A stretch of DNA of 63,694 bases, counting the filler, from Octopus bimaculoides (lineage: Eukaryota): assembly GCF_001194135.2 (NCBI RefSeq). It is 4 parts of 4 records of this genome, joined end to end, with 100 filler letters (N's around TTAATTAATTAA, not from the genome) between each part and the next. Parts side by side here need not be neighbours in the genome. Positions count along the whole stretch, not along the records: positions 41,292 to 63,694 come from NC_069000.1; 3 more parts are not named here. One strand, 5' to 3'. Below, piece after piece: positions 50,148 to 63,694 of this stretch. The notes below the pieces were generated by a model. That model did not search any database. It worked only from the letters and a program-made list of their open reading frames with translations, and was not told the origin of the DNA. Each line of letters starts with the position of its first letter. Position 1 is the first letter of the stretch. Position numbers and translations under genes: made by a program.

Positions 50148-50530
50148 ACCCAGAAATCACGAAGTGGTTTCAATATCTAATATCTCGTTTATTTTGTTTA
50201 AAATTGCAATATATTAGTAGGTAAGTTATAGAAAAAGGATGTGATATCTATTTCTCCTAGGTGTGAAAGCTGACATTTTTTAAATGCCGTCCATTTTCCA
50301 ATTCGCATAAACGTGCTCTTTCTAAGGCGTTTTCCATTAACAGCCCTTGACGTTTGTGGATCCAGTGATTTAATTTCTGTTCCAATGTTATTTTTAAGAT
50401 CTGCAATTGTTTGAGGCTTGTTGACATAAACTTTTCCCTTAAGACAGCCCCATAGAAAAAAGTGTGGAGCAGTTAGATCTGGAGAACGAGATTGACAATT
50501 TATCTCTGAAAATCGAGAAATTAATTTTCT
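50141..50530 (-). mobile_element. Tc1/mariner-superfamily (rosa/maT-like) transposon 3' end
   Basis: Minus frames read RSPDLTAPHFFL(W)GCLKGKVYVNKPQTIADLKNNIGTEI and MENALERARLCELENGRHLKNVSFHT*. Terminus TA|GGGTAACCCAGAAA lies within (TA)n. Confidence 0.82.
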
Positions 50531-50626
50531 ATCAAGAATTTACCGTTGTGTTCCTTGCTGTGTGAGCTGTGGTTCCATCCTGCTGAAACCACTTAGGTAT
50601 ATCTTGAACTGCTGGACGTGCTGTGT

Positions 50627-50997
50627 GTTGGCACTCCGTCGGTTACGACGACGAGGGTTCAAGTTGATCCGATCAACGGAACAGTCTGCTCGTGAAATTA
50701 ACGTACGAGTGGCTGAGCACTCCACAGACACGTGTACCCTTAACGTAGTTCTCAGGGATATTCAGCGTGACACAGTGTGACAAGGCTGACCCTTTGAAGT
50801 ACAGGTACAACAGAAACAGGAAGAAAGAGTGAGAGAAAGTTGTGGTGAAAGAGTACAGCAGGGTTCGTTACCACCCCCTGGCGGAGCCTCGAGGAGCTTT
50901 AGGTGTTTTCGCTCAATAAACACTCACAGAGCTCGGTCTGGGAATCGAAACTGCGATCCTACGACTGCGAGTCCGCTGCCCTAACCACTGGACCATT
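50627..50997 (-). mobile_element. SINE family C, near full length
   Basis: Reverse complement of the 29408 element. Confidence 0.9.
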
Positions 50998-52562
50998 NNN
51001 NNNNNNNNNNNNNNNNNNNNNNNNNNNNNNNNNNNNNNNNNNNNNNNNNNNNNNNNNNNNNNNNNNNNNNNNNNNNNNNNNNNNNNNNNNNNNNNNNNNN
51101 NNNNNNNNNNNNNNNNNNNNNNNNNNNNNNNNNNNNNNNNNNNNNNNNNNNNNNNNNNNNNNNNNNNNNNNNNNNNNNNNNNNNNNNNNNNNNNNNNNNN
51201 NNNNNNNNNNNNNNNNNNNNNNNNNNNNNNNNNNNNNNNNNNNNNNNNNNNNNNNNNNNNNNNNNNNNNNNNNNNNNNNNNNNNNNNNNNNNNNNNNNNN
51301 NNNNNNNNNNNNNNNNNNNNNNNNATGGAGAGGTATTCATCTCCAGTGACAGTAACTGTTTCTCCCTCCTTGTGGATGTCGTTGTCATGGATTTGGTGGT
51401 GATAATTTTGGAATTAAGGAGTTAAAGAGGGAGTTTGCAAGAATCAAAGAAGAACGAAAAGAAGGAAGGTTGTTCGGGGGAACGAAGGACAGAACTTTCT
51501 AAAAACTGAATCAAAAATTAAATATGCAGAGAAGGGTTTTTTTTTTTGTCTCCTCTTGAATGGCAAATTCACCACCAGAAGCAAACCACGTGTAAGAGGA
51601 AGTATTTTATGCCAAATGTGTTGCATGTATCGCAAGAAATTTCTCACTTTCTCTCTCTCTTCCTCCCCCTTCGCCCTCAATATCTCTCTTCCCTCTCTCT
51701 CTTTCTCATTCTCTGTTACTCTCCCTTCCTCTCTCTCCCTCTTTCTTATTTTCTCTGTTACTCTCCTTCTCCCTCCCCTCTCTCTCTTTCTCATTCTCTG
51801 TCTTCGTCTCCTTCCCCCCTCTTTCTTCCCTCTCTCTTAACCCTCCCTCTCATTCCCCCCCTCTCTCTGAAACAGTGCAATGTATGGTATTGATCTACCT
51901 ACTCAGTCTTCTTGATGACGGACGATGTTGAGGAGAAGCGGAGGGGGAATCGTCATCGTGTCATCAATACCACCACCACTAACATCATCATCATCATCAT
52001 AATTGACAGCAGCAGCAGTAGTAGCGGCAGCAGCACCGCCACCACAACCATACCTCTTAATCCATCATGCCTGACAGTGCGTAACCGTTGCAATAGGTGG
52101 CAAGTGAAATATGGGGGGGGGGACTGGAAGTATAGAGTGTTTGACAATGATTGATCAGTTGACGACGACGACGATGATGACGATGATGGTGATGATGATG
52201 ATGATGATGATGATGACGATTACGACAATAACGACGACGATGGTGGAAGTGTTTTAAATAACATGTAACTCCTGCTAAATGCGCTGAGTGTCTTTTTCCT
52301 TCGTTTGTCCNNNNNNNNNNNNNNNNNNNNNNNNNNNNNNNNNNNNNNNNNNNNNNNNNNNNNNNNNNNNNNNNNNNNNNNNNNNNNNNNNNNNNNNNNN
52401 NNNNNNNNNNNNNNNNNNNNNNNNNNNNNNNNNNNNNNNNNNNNNNNNNNNNNNNNNNNNNNNNNNNNNNNNNGGTGACCGAAACTTCAAAAGTCTCTGT
52501 CAATACTATTCTTGTTAAATAATAAGTTCGTATTCTACAAAATTATGGAGTAAACCTTCAGA

Positions 52563-52603
<41 letters not shown>

Positions 52604-53026
52604 TGTATGTATGTGTGTATGCATGTATGTATGTGTGTATGCATGTATGTATGGTATGTATGTATATCTGTAGATGGAAGTGTGCACTTGCGGTTCAAAA
52701 GAGAGAGAGAAAAGGCGGATGATTAGGGAGAGTGAGAGAGACCTTTATACCGCATCTTCAACCCATTTATCACACTTGACTTAAATCATATTTGCAGATC
52801 AACTTTTTACGTTCATATTTTTGTTATTTCATTCAATTTCTTTTGTTCGTCTTTTCCCCCTTTTTTTCTAACCTTTTCTTTCTCTTTCGTTAAACATTCT
52901 TTTCCGCCATTTTGGGTTTTGATGCTCCGGTAACAAACAAAGTGTAAACACACGCACAAAAAGCGCATTCTGTTATTATTTCTAAAATTATCAACAAAAT
53001 AATAATCATCATCATCATCATCATCA

Positions 53027-53086
<60 letters not shown>

Positions 53087-53286
53087 CGTCATCGCTATTT
53101 TTTATTTTCGTTATTTACAATTCAATTGCTTTCACAGTAAATATGGTATCATTACTAATATTAAAATTGTTTTCACTATCGTTACTAATATTACTATTAT
53201 TATTGTTGTTGTTGTTGCTGTTGTCGTTTTGTTGTTGTTGTTGTTGCTGTTATTGTTGTTGTTGTTGTTGTTGACATTGTTGTTGC

Positions 53287-53318
<32 letters not shown>

Positions 53319-53393
53319 TATGCTTTTAATATGGTTAATTAGTTGCGGGGTCTTACGTAAAGGAAACACGGGAAAAAAATATATAGATACAAA

Positions 53394-53425
<32 letters not shown>

Positions 53426-53523
53426 AACAAGTGGGGGAGTGCGAAGTTGGTCTGATGCAAATGGAAAATGGAGAAGAAAGTTGTGACTCAGAATAAAAAA
53501 TGGGTGGCGGTTAGAGAAGAAGG

Positions 53524-53584
<61 letters not shown>

Positions 53585-54585
53585 GTTGGTAACAGTTGCT
53601 TATCGTCATAGTTACAGAAGGTGTTTGACAATGTATCATCAACATCATCGTCCCCACCACTACAACCATTACTACCACCACCACCTCCATCACCACCACC
53701 ACCACCATCACCACCACCACTACCTCCACCACCGCCATCATCGTCATAATCATCATTATTATTACATCATCACCGTCGTCATCATGGTTGCTTTTTTTGC
53801 TATTAAAAATTTAATGTAAACCAGTTAATTATCTTTTTTTTCAATATACTTCATCTCTTTTTTATTGTATTTCTTTGCTTTGTTGCTGAACCCTAACTCT
53901 GAGTGCATTCTGGTCGTCCGATTTCCTAACTGCTATATCACACAGTCGCTGAGCCTCTGGTAAAGACACACAACGCTCGGGTTTGACTGAGATACTCGGG
54001 CTTGACACGAGTATATACTAATTAGCTTGTATCTATGCTGTGTACGCCAAAGTTTTTGATTCCGTGCCGATTACAACATCTTTAGTTTTATCCTTCTTAG
54101 AATTTAAATCTTTGTTTTGTTCAGGTTATTTTTCCAGGTATTCGATTAGTATTTAAGTTTTTGATCCTTAAACTGGGATATTCTGGAACATTTCAGTGTC
54201 AAACTGGAAAAGAATTTGCAAACTGGATAGGAATACCAAGACAGACACTTCAAATGAGCATTATCCTGCCTAAACCTGGTTTGGTAAACATAATTATAAT
54301 AATAGTTTTTCCTGTTGTTCTATTACAAAGACTTGCAGCGTGTATAATTATATGAGTGAAATAATAATGGAAGAAGAAGAAGAAGAGGAAGGAGGAGGAG
54401 GAGGAGAGTAATAATTATAAGGATGAGTTATAGTAAAGATGGTGTTGTATTTTTGCCTTTAGTGGAAATCTTACGTCATATCCGCTTTAAGCAAGAAACC
54501 GGTATTTGCAAATCTGATAACCATATATTGATGCATCTGTGTGTATGCATATATATATATATGTGTGTGTGTATGTGTGTGTGTA

Positions 54586-54618
<33 letters not shown>

Positions 54619-54986
54619 ATATATATGCGTGTATATATGCATATATATATATATATATATATATANNNNNNNNNNTATTTCTTATGATTAGTACGGAAGT
54701 TGTCTGATATGTGCAGGTGGAGCCTAAAGTAAACTGTTTACCTGTTACAAACATTAAGCACGCGCACACACACACATACACACACATACACACGTACAAC
54801 CACGCACACACCCGTGCATGCACGCACGCATGCGTACGCACGCGCTCTCACGCACATATCTAACCACATATGCAAACCTGTATAATGTGAGAGACATGTA
54901 TTAGTGAATGTGGGCATGTGTATGTATGCAGATGTGTATTTGATTCTGTTGTGTGCATAAGTATGCATGCTTGTGTGTGAGTGTGC

Positions 54987-55029
<43 letters not shown>

Positions 55030-55811
55030 TGTCCGTGTGTGTTGAAATACAGAAGGGAGTAAGAGAGTGGTCGCCCGAGGAAGCGCGATTGGTTGATATA
55101 TCGGTAAGCTCGAGGACTTTGAACAGAAAGCAAGTCCAGTTATTGAACTTAAAAGAAACCTTATTCCAATTTAAGCAACGCGAGACAGCCTCTTTGATCC
55201 ACCCAGACATATATAATTAATTAATTATATTCTAATATGATAAATTATTAGCTGTGAATTAGGATAGCGTAAACTGAAAAGAAGTCCTCAAGTGTATGAT
55301 ACCGAGTCATACTTGGTAGGACAGAACTGTTAGAAAAAGCAGTTAATTCCGCTTTGAATCACCACCGCACCAGGGAAGACAAATTCTTGTAAACGAAGTC
55401 TTAGACTAGGTATGGGTAACGGGCAGCATGTGTAACGGCTCGTTAATCAAGCGGGCCGCACTGCTAAAAATTTTCAGTGTATTTTTATCGTTAGGCGTCC
55501 ATTCAGAAAGTCCTGCGGGGCCGCATGTTGGCTTAGCTCTATAAAAGACAATATGATCAATTGTAGCTGGGATGACTTTCGTTTTTTAGGTTTGTTTAAT
55601 GAGAACTGAACTGTGGTTCAACCATTTTTGTGGATTGTCAACATCACGTACTCGAACAGGATCGGAGATGAATCATATCGCCAGTCTACGACTTATATGC
55701 ATATAGCGTACAAACCATGAACAGGTATACCTGAGCAAGGCATACGTAAGAATCGAACAAATTCCATAGAGATCTCTCTCTGTTTCGATGCTTGTATTAT
55801 TTTTCAGGCTC

Positions 55812-56012
55812 GTAAGCGGCAAGCTGGCAGAATCGTTACTGCGCCCGACAAAATGCTTAACGTCATTTCTTCCGGCTCTATGAGTTCTGAGTTCAAACGT
55901 CCCCGACGTCAGCTATGCCTTTTATCCTTTCCAGTATCTGATGAGTACTGGAGCCAATGTAACCGCCAAGCCCATCCCACCAAAATTCTAGGCCTTGTGC
56001 CTATAGAAGAAT
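55812..56012 (+). mobile_element. SINE family B
   Basis: GCGGCAAGCTGGCAGAATCGTTA..GTTCTGAGTTCAAA..TCTAGGCCTTGTGCCTATAGAAGAA. Confidence 0.8.
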
Positions 56013-56255
56013 TGCTAATCACCCTCTTCTCCACTTACTCCACTGCGGCGGTTTCCACTGCCAAATTGAAATATTAACAATATTAACCCCGTTTAGCTGC
56101 CCCAATTAACCCACACCCCGCCGAACCCCCTGGCCTTCAGTCTGTCCTACCGTCGTATAAGAAGCAATTTTCAATGCTATACGCGCACACATACACACGG
56201 GGTCCCTTAATTTTTTTNNNNNNNNNNNNNNNNNNNNNNNNNNNNNNNNNNNNNN

Positions 56256-56286
<31 letters not shown>

Positions 56287-56638
56287 TACAAACACACACA
56301 CATACGCACATACACACATACACACGGGGTCCCTTAATTTTTTTTATTTTCCACAGACTTCAGACGATATATATCAAAAATAGCCTACTCTAGATTTAAG
56401 TTGCATACGTCGTTTTGATTTAAATCACTTCAGTTCAGTGATTTAACTGTCAAATTTTATTTCTTTTTTTTTATGTATGTATGTATGTATGTATGTATGT
56501 ATGTATGTATGTANNNNNNNNNNATGTATGTATGTATGTATGTATGTATGTATGTATGTATGTATAATTATCTATTTATTTATTTAATTCTTCCACCCCC
56601 AAACGCCAACACCAACACCCTCAACTTCACCCACTCAC

Positions 56639-56680
56639 CCCGTTTCAGGTCCGAAACTCCCTTTTAACTAAATGTTTCTG
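56639..56680 (-). other. Candidate non-coding (5' UTR) 42-nt exon
   Basis: Acceptor ttcgcgttccgtgtag|cag (NAGNAG) and donor GGG|gtgagt; all three frames are stopped. Confidence 0.22.
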
Positions 56681-57245
56681 CTACACGGAACGCGAAACTT
56701 GCGTACACAAGAGAATTCACTTTCTACTTAAACGCCAGTGTGAGAGTATGTGAGTTTGTCTATGTGTACATATGTATGTGTGTGTATATGTGTTCCTTTC
56801 TTGTTTCTTATCTTCTTTATTCCTATTTTTTAAATATTTTCATTATCTTTATTATTCCTTTCTGCTTAATTATATACCTTCTAGCTGCGACGATAAACGA
56901 ACATTGAAAAACGACAATACCGGTTATTCAAGTTTTGCATTTATTCATTTGTTTGTTGGTTTCTCTAATTGTTGTTGGAGTTCGTGTTGTTGTTGTTGCT
57001 TTAGTTCTTCCGCCAATTCTAATAGATAAACCACAGCTGCATTTCAAGAGAAATAGCATCCGCCATTATCTCAAGAATCAACAGATTGATTTCAATTGAG
57101 AGCTATATTCTTCGTATAAAACTGAACTTAAAACCCATTCCAGATTCTTCCGCAGTTCTTCTAAACTTAGTTTGGCAATAAAATTCCTTGAATGAATTTT
57201 TTTTTCCAGCATAAATACGACCGAGATATACATAACTATATATAA

Positions 57246-57285
<40 letters not shown>

Positions 57286-57785
57286 NNNNNNNNNNNNNNN
57301 NNNNNNNNNNNNNNNNNNNNNNNNNNNNNNNNNNNNNNNNNNNNNNNNNNNNNNNNNNNNNNNNNNNNNNNNNNNNNNNNNNNNNNNNNNNNNNNNNNNN
57401 NNNNNNNNNNNNNNNNNNNNNNNNNNNNNNNNNNNNNNNNNNNNNNNNNNNNNNNNNNNNNNNNNNNNNNNNNNNNNNNNNNNNNNNNNNNNNNNNNNNN
57501 NNNNNNNNNNNNNNNNNNNNNNNNNNNNNNNNNNNNNNNNNNNNNNNNNNNNNNNNNNNNNNNNNNNNNNNNNNNNNNNNNNNNNNNNNNNNNNNNNNNN
57601 NNNNNNNNNNNNNNNNNNNNNNNNNNNNNNNNNNNNNNNNNNNNNNNNNNNNNNNNNNNNNNNNNNNNNNNNNNNNNNNNNNNNNNNNNNNNNNNNNNNN
57701 NNNNNNNNNNNNNNNNNNNNNNNNNNNNNNNNNNNNNNNNNNNNNNNNNNNNNNNNNNNNNNNNNNNNNNNNNNNNNTATATATA

Positions 57786-58072
57786 TATTGGGTTGGCAAC
57801 TAAGTTCCCACCGTCTTTTAAATTTTGGAATTCATTGCGTTTTTAAATTTTGGAATCTATTTTTGTCGAGAATTCTATTTTTTAATCATTTTGGAACCTA
57901 TTTTTTGGGGTGGGGGTTCTAGTTAATTTTAATTAATTTTTGTTTATTTTCAGATCATTAAAACGTAATGTCAAGTTAAGAAAAACGATCATTTTCGACA
58001 CCTCCTTCTTTTTTTGCATTTAATCAAGGTTCTAAGGCCGCAAAAGCTGTTCGCGACATTTGTGCTGTGTTT
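57786..58072 (+). mobile_element. mariner 5' end (TIR plus transposase N-terminus), truncated
   Basis: TA|TTGGGTTGGCAACTAAGTTCC; coding remnant from about 57968 reads QVKKNDHFRHLLL(F)AFNQGSKAAKAVRDICAV. Confidence 0.82.
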
Positions 58073-58654
58073 CTATGTTGTTGCTGATATAAGTATACAA
58101 ACTCTGTTCTTTCCTAAACCAGCTGGACACTCCAACATGACATACGATTCGCTGCTGTTCTCAAAGATAATTATGCAAAAGTAATAACCACAACGATGAT
58201 GATGAGAATGATGAGGACGATGAGGATGATGAGGATCACCAGCATTATGATGATCACCACCGTCATCATCACCACCACCGTCATCATCAACATCAATCAT
58301 CATACACATGATCATGACAATTGGTGATGATGATGATCATGGCGATGAAGCAAGCCTTCTCGGGAACTTAGTGAATTTGTGAGGATCTGGAGTGGGGGCG
58401 AGTTTCGTGGTATTGGCTATGGGGATGCTGGGTTGATGGAGATGTAGGATGTAATTTCATAGTGGCTATTAAATATATCTTTGTAGAAAGAGAGGGAAGG
58501 GGTAGAGGAAGAGGCATTGGGTGGAGTAACTCAACACGTTGATATCGATATTAACGTAAACAGACGAGAAGAGACTATAATCAGGATATGTGAAATATAA
58601 GCATGATATTTATCTAAGCATGTATATGTATATATATATTTATATATATATATA

Positions 58655-58759
<105 letters not shown>

Positions 58760-59358
58760 TTATNNNNNNNNNNNNNNNNNNNNNNNNNNNNNNNNNNNNN
58801 NNNNNNNNNNNNNNNNNNNNNNNNNNNNNNNNNNNNNNNNNNNNNNNNNNNNNNNNNNNNNNNNNNNNNNNNNNNNNNNNNNNNNNNNNNNNNNNNNNNN
58901 NNNNNNNNNNNNNNNNNNNNNNNNNNNNNNNNNNNNNNNNNNNNNNNNNNNNNNNNNNNNNNNNNNNNNNNNNNNNNNNNNNNNNNNNNNNNNNNNNNNN
59001 NNNNNNNNNNNNNNNNNNNNNNNNNNNNNNNNNNNNNNNNNNNNNNNNNNNNNNNNNNNNNNNNNNNNNNNNNNNNNNNNNNNNNNNNNNNNNNNNNNNN
59101 NNNNNNNNNNNNNNNNNNNNNNNNNNNNNNNNNNNNNNNNNNNNNNNNNNNNNNNNNNNNNNNNNNNNNNNNNNNNNNNNNNNNNNNNNNNNNNNNNNNN
59201 NNNNNNNNNNNNNNNNNNNNNNNNNNNNNNNNNNNNNNNNNNNNNNNNNNNNNNNNNNNNNNNNNNNNNNNNNNNNNNNNNNNNNNNNNNNNNNNNNNNN
59301 NNNNNNNNNNNNNNNNNNNNNNNNNNNNNNNNNNNNNNNNNNNNNNNNNNNNNNNNNN

Positions 59359-59390
<32 letters not shown>

Positions 59391-59918
59391 CATACATACA
59401 TACAGACATACATACATACATACATACATACGCGTGTGTGTGTGTGTGTATGTGCGTGTGGGTGTCTTTCAAGTGCAAGATAGAAGTCTGGGTATGTTGC
59501 ATTATCAACACTCTGCATTCTGTTGATGTTTATTCTCGTTTAGTCTCAGGACACCCAGGAGATGTCCTTCCTTTCTTATTCTTTGATAAAATACAGATTC
59601 ATTCCAAAAGAAATTTCGCTGTGGTTTGTACATGGTCAAGGAAGCGTTTTCAGACAGCGTCCTTCCCTCTCTTTTTGCAGGGATAATGGAGACGGTCCCT
59701 ACCGGAAACCTTCTGGGTTTCTCTCTTCCTCACTGCTAACAATTTATTCCGTTTTCAAACAGTTTATATTTTTATAACAACTTATAAAGAAAATTATATA
59801 CATACATATACGTACATACATACATATACATATATAATATATATATATATATATATACATACATATATATATATATATAAATACACACACACGCACGCAC
59901 ACACACACACACATACAT

Positions 59919-59957
<39 letters not shown>

Positions 59958-61714
59958 NNNNNNNNNNNNNNNNNNNNNNNNNNNNNNNNNNNNNNTACAG
60001 GCGACGCCCAATAGTTCAAGCCAGAGCCTACAATTTAATTGAAGCAGGGTAAATGTACATATATATATATATATATAATAATTTTTTTCCAGCGAAATCT
60101 CGTAAAAATGAAAGATTTATATTAAAATCGGACTCTTTATGCAATTACTTTCATATATACTTGTATACATACATATGCAGGGATGTGTGTGTATGTATAT
60201 ATATATATATATATATATACCAACGCACGCAGAGAAACGGCAGATAGAGAGAGAAAGACAAACATGCAAACAGACAGACAGATAGACAGACAGACTGACA
60301 AACAGAGGAACTGTAGGTGAAGAAAACAGACTAACAACAGACTAACAAAACGTCAAAGAGGGCAAAGAGTTAACAAATTGACAAATCTCTGCTTAGTTTC
60401 TCTTTGCCACCAGTCTAATCTTCAGGAGTCAAAATATATTAATAAAAAAAAAAGGGCAGGGAAAGAGCTGTAATGAAACGGGTGTAAATAGGGTTATATA
60501 GTTGGTAGCTTATCAAATAAGAGGGAAGTTTGTCTGTTGATGGCAGCAAATTTTTCATGTTGATATGTCTGAAGTTGATGCTTATGATTTCACTGTTTAA
60601 TGTCGGGGCAGCAGGAATTGCGTTCACTCGATCAAGATAAAGGGATTATTTCGTGTATTTGTTACATATATATATATATATATATATGTATATGTATATA
60701 TATATATCTATATATATATGTACACACACACACGCACATATATATTTATATATTTATATACATACAAATATATATACTTATTATATATATGTATGTATAT
60801 ATATATATATGTATTTGAAAATCCTACACGACTAGGTGAAAAGCGCTTTATTTAATATGTGACATTAATAAAAATCTGTAAATGTACAAACATCCAGATT
60901 TCTGAGTACCTTAACTTTTTTCTATATAATTTCTGTACATCACCTCCAAACCTTCAAATATATATATATATATACATATATATGCGTGTGAGTGCAGGTG
61001 CACGCGTGTGAACTTGTGCCGGTACGTGCGATCGTCTCTATGCATGTGTGTGCATGTGCTTATGTGTGTGCGCACGTTCGTGCGTGCATACGTGTGTGTG
61101 TGTGTATTTGTGTGTAAGAGCTGCGGTGTGAGGTAGACAGAGCAAGAGTAGAGGCGAAGACAGGAAGAGAGAAAGAAACACCAAAAACTGGGTTTTCTTT
61201 CGTTCAACTCCACGTGGACATATATACGACCACGACCACATTACCTCGAATCACATTAAACATGGCGTTGAACTATCAGCCAGATAATAATATCTTTTTA
61301 ATTCTCTTGTAATGGCTTCAGTCATGTGAACTGCGGCCATGATGGTGCACTGCCTTCAAGAGTTCTTTTTCCATTCTTTTTCGTTTTTACTCTTTTTTTT
61401 TTAAATCTCACTTTTCATCATTTCAACTCTAATATGTATTTCAGTCTGGTACTGATTTCATTGATAAATACTTAGTTTATACATTTACTAGTACAAGAAT
61501 GATTTGAGCCATTTAAGAATGTGAGTTTATAGCATTGCAATCACTTTTGTGAAATGGCTGAAACGCGTAGAAGAGCAATAGTCTTCGTCGTGTTTAAGCA
61601 TGTCCAACCTTGTTTATCCAGAGGGCACGTCCCTGTTTTACACAGCGAACCACGTTGTAAATATGATATGCAGCGTTCTGTTAAGTCGTATATTGTAAAT
61701 AAACTTAAAGGTAC

Positions 61715-61772
<58 letters not shown>

Positions 61773-61817
61773 AGGTATATGTGTATGTGAGGGGTGGGTA
61801 TGGTTTGNNNNNNNNNN

Positions 61818-61858
<41 letters not shown>

Positions 61859-62035
61859 AGGTATATGTGTATGTGAGGGGTGGGTATGGTTTGTGTCAAA
61901 ATATGTGTTTGTATACGTGCTTGTCTTAGTTTTGCCTATGTCTTTTGTGAATATGTGCGCGTTTGTGAGTCTGATTTTTGCATATCATATTTTTCTATTT
62001 GTCAGTATACGCCTGTATATGTAGATGTTTTTGCG

Positions 62036-62076
<41 letters not shown>

Positions 62077-62929
62077 NNNNNNNNNNNNNNNNNNNNNNNN
62101 NNNNNNNNNNNNNNNNNNNNNNNNNNNNNNNNNNNNNNNNNNNNNNNNNNNNNNNNNNNNNNNNNNNNNNNNNNNNNNNNNNNNNNNNNNNNNNNNNNNN
62201 NNNNNNNNNNNNNNNNNNNNNNNNNNNNNNNNNNNNNNNNNNNNNNNNNNNNNNNNNNNNNNNNNNNNNNNNNNNNNNNNNNNNNNNNNNNNNNNNNNNN
62301 NNNNNNNNNNNNNNNNNNNNNNNNNNNNNNNNNNNNNNNNNNNNNNNNNNNNNNNNNNNNNNNNNNNNNNNNNNNNNNNNNNNNNNNNNNNNNNNNNNNN
62401 NNNNNNNNNNNNNNNNNNNNNNNCAAAGGGGCTGAAGAAAAATGATGTAAGACTCCATGGCCGAATTCGTTGTACACAACCATTCCTATACGTAAGCAAT
62501 GGCTGTATGGGCAGGAATTTTGCTTCGCAAAAACATAGTCGTAGGTTCAGTACGACACATTAAACGAATATTTTCTTTTTATAGTAGACAGGACCAAAAC
62601 CTTGTCAGTGAGATTTGGTAAGCAGAAATTGCATGGAAGCCGACCGGAAGCACGCTTCCTGTCCTCGTGTGATAGACTTGATCCGTCGCCTAGTTAAATA
62701 CTGTTACTAGATCCTTGGTTCTCTTTTTTTTTTTTTTAAACGCAGCTCAATCTGTTGCAAACTGTTGAACCATGTCTCCAACCGAAAAGATTATGTTTTG
62801 TCCTTTCCTTTTACCAAACTCGGAAGCCCTGTAAAGGATCATAAAAGCTGCTCTTCCTGCACTGGCTAACAGACAATATATAGCTCCAAAACATAGGAAT
62901 ATATAGTCATCCATGTATTATACTTAATG

Positions 62930-63140
62930 TATAGGTGTAGCTTTGAAGTAAGAAGCTTACTTTCCAACTACATGGTCTTGGGTTCAGTCCTACTGCGTGT
63001 CAACTTGGGCAAGTGTCTTCCACTATAGCCATGGGCCGACCAAAGGCTTGTGAGTGGATTTGATAGACGGAAATTGAAAGAAGTTCGTATATATACGTAT
63101 ATATTTGCATGTCTTTATGTCTGTGTTTGTCCTCCCATAC
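62930..63140 (+). mobile_element. SINE family A head
   Basis: GGTTCAGTCCTACTGCGTGTCAACTTGGGCAAGTGTCTTCCACTATAGCC..GTGAGTGGATTTGATAGACGG. Confidence 0.85.
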
Positions 63141-63254
63141 ACACTCACACGCGTATACATGCGTGCATACATACATACATACATACATACATGTATGTAT
63201 GTGTGTGTGCATATATATATATATACCTACATATATACATATAGACTCACTCAG

Positions 63255-63279
63255 ACGGATAGATAGGTAGGTAGATATG

Positions 63280-63320
<41 letters not shown>

Positions 63321-63321
63321 T

Positions 63322-63382
<61 letters not shown>

Positions 63383-63626
63383 CCAGGGAGCAGACGAGAG
63401 CAGTTAATGCTGTGTTTCCGATGTAAGGTGAACGGATGGACAAACGTGTCATAATATTCCAGTCGGTCTCTGCCGGTCCAAATGATGGCAGATAAGCAGC
63501 TGTGGTAGAGGAACTAATGCAGCTTACTGTTATTCTTGTAGAGTCAGAGATAAACAGTGAATATTACAAACCACATATGGATGTTACCTACCGCTCTGCT
63601 TGCCTTGTCGGTCGGTTGGGCTGTTA

Positions 63627-63694
<68 letters not shown>
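63255..63694. repeat. (GATA)n array (about 63280-63381) and terminal (CT)n
   Basis: Directly visible. The window also has dozens of (TA)n, (CA)n, (CATA)n, (AAT)n and (CAT/CAC)n tracts. Confidence 0.97.

Noticed and set aside
52474-52500. GGTGACCGAAAC half-hammerhead
   Set aside because: The rest of the motif would lie in the adjacent N gap and cannot be evaluated.

Overview
AT-rich eukaryotic genomic DNA with many gaps and dense microsatellites. The repeat content looks like an octopus (cephalopod) draft scaffold; this is inferred from recalled repeat families, not from a search. No long intact protein-coding ORF is present, and most ORF-track calls are translations of microsatellites or N-gaps. 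The window contains at least four tRNA-derived SINE-like families, decayed Tc1/mariner elements, an RTE LINE, 3' ends of an R4/Dong-like (RLE) LINE, a hAT MITE with an intact 8-bp TSD, and many Penelope-like (PLE-type) terminal fragments. A chain of small, well-bounded candidate exons and a CpG/ETS-rich candidate promoter on the minus strand suggest that the window lies inside a large multi-promoter gene that cannot be named. The most interesting signal is a set of minimal type I hammerhead-ribozyme motifs. One lies in a tRNA-headed SINE (25133-25178), one in a PLE-type tail (34182-34239), and there are two decayed ones. Copies of the 34 kb tail family elsewhere end in long fold-back hairpins.
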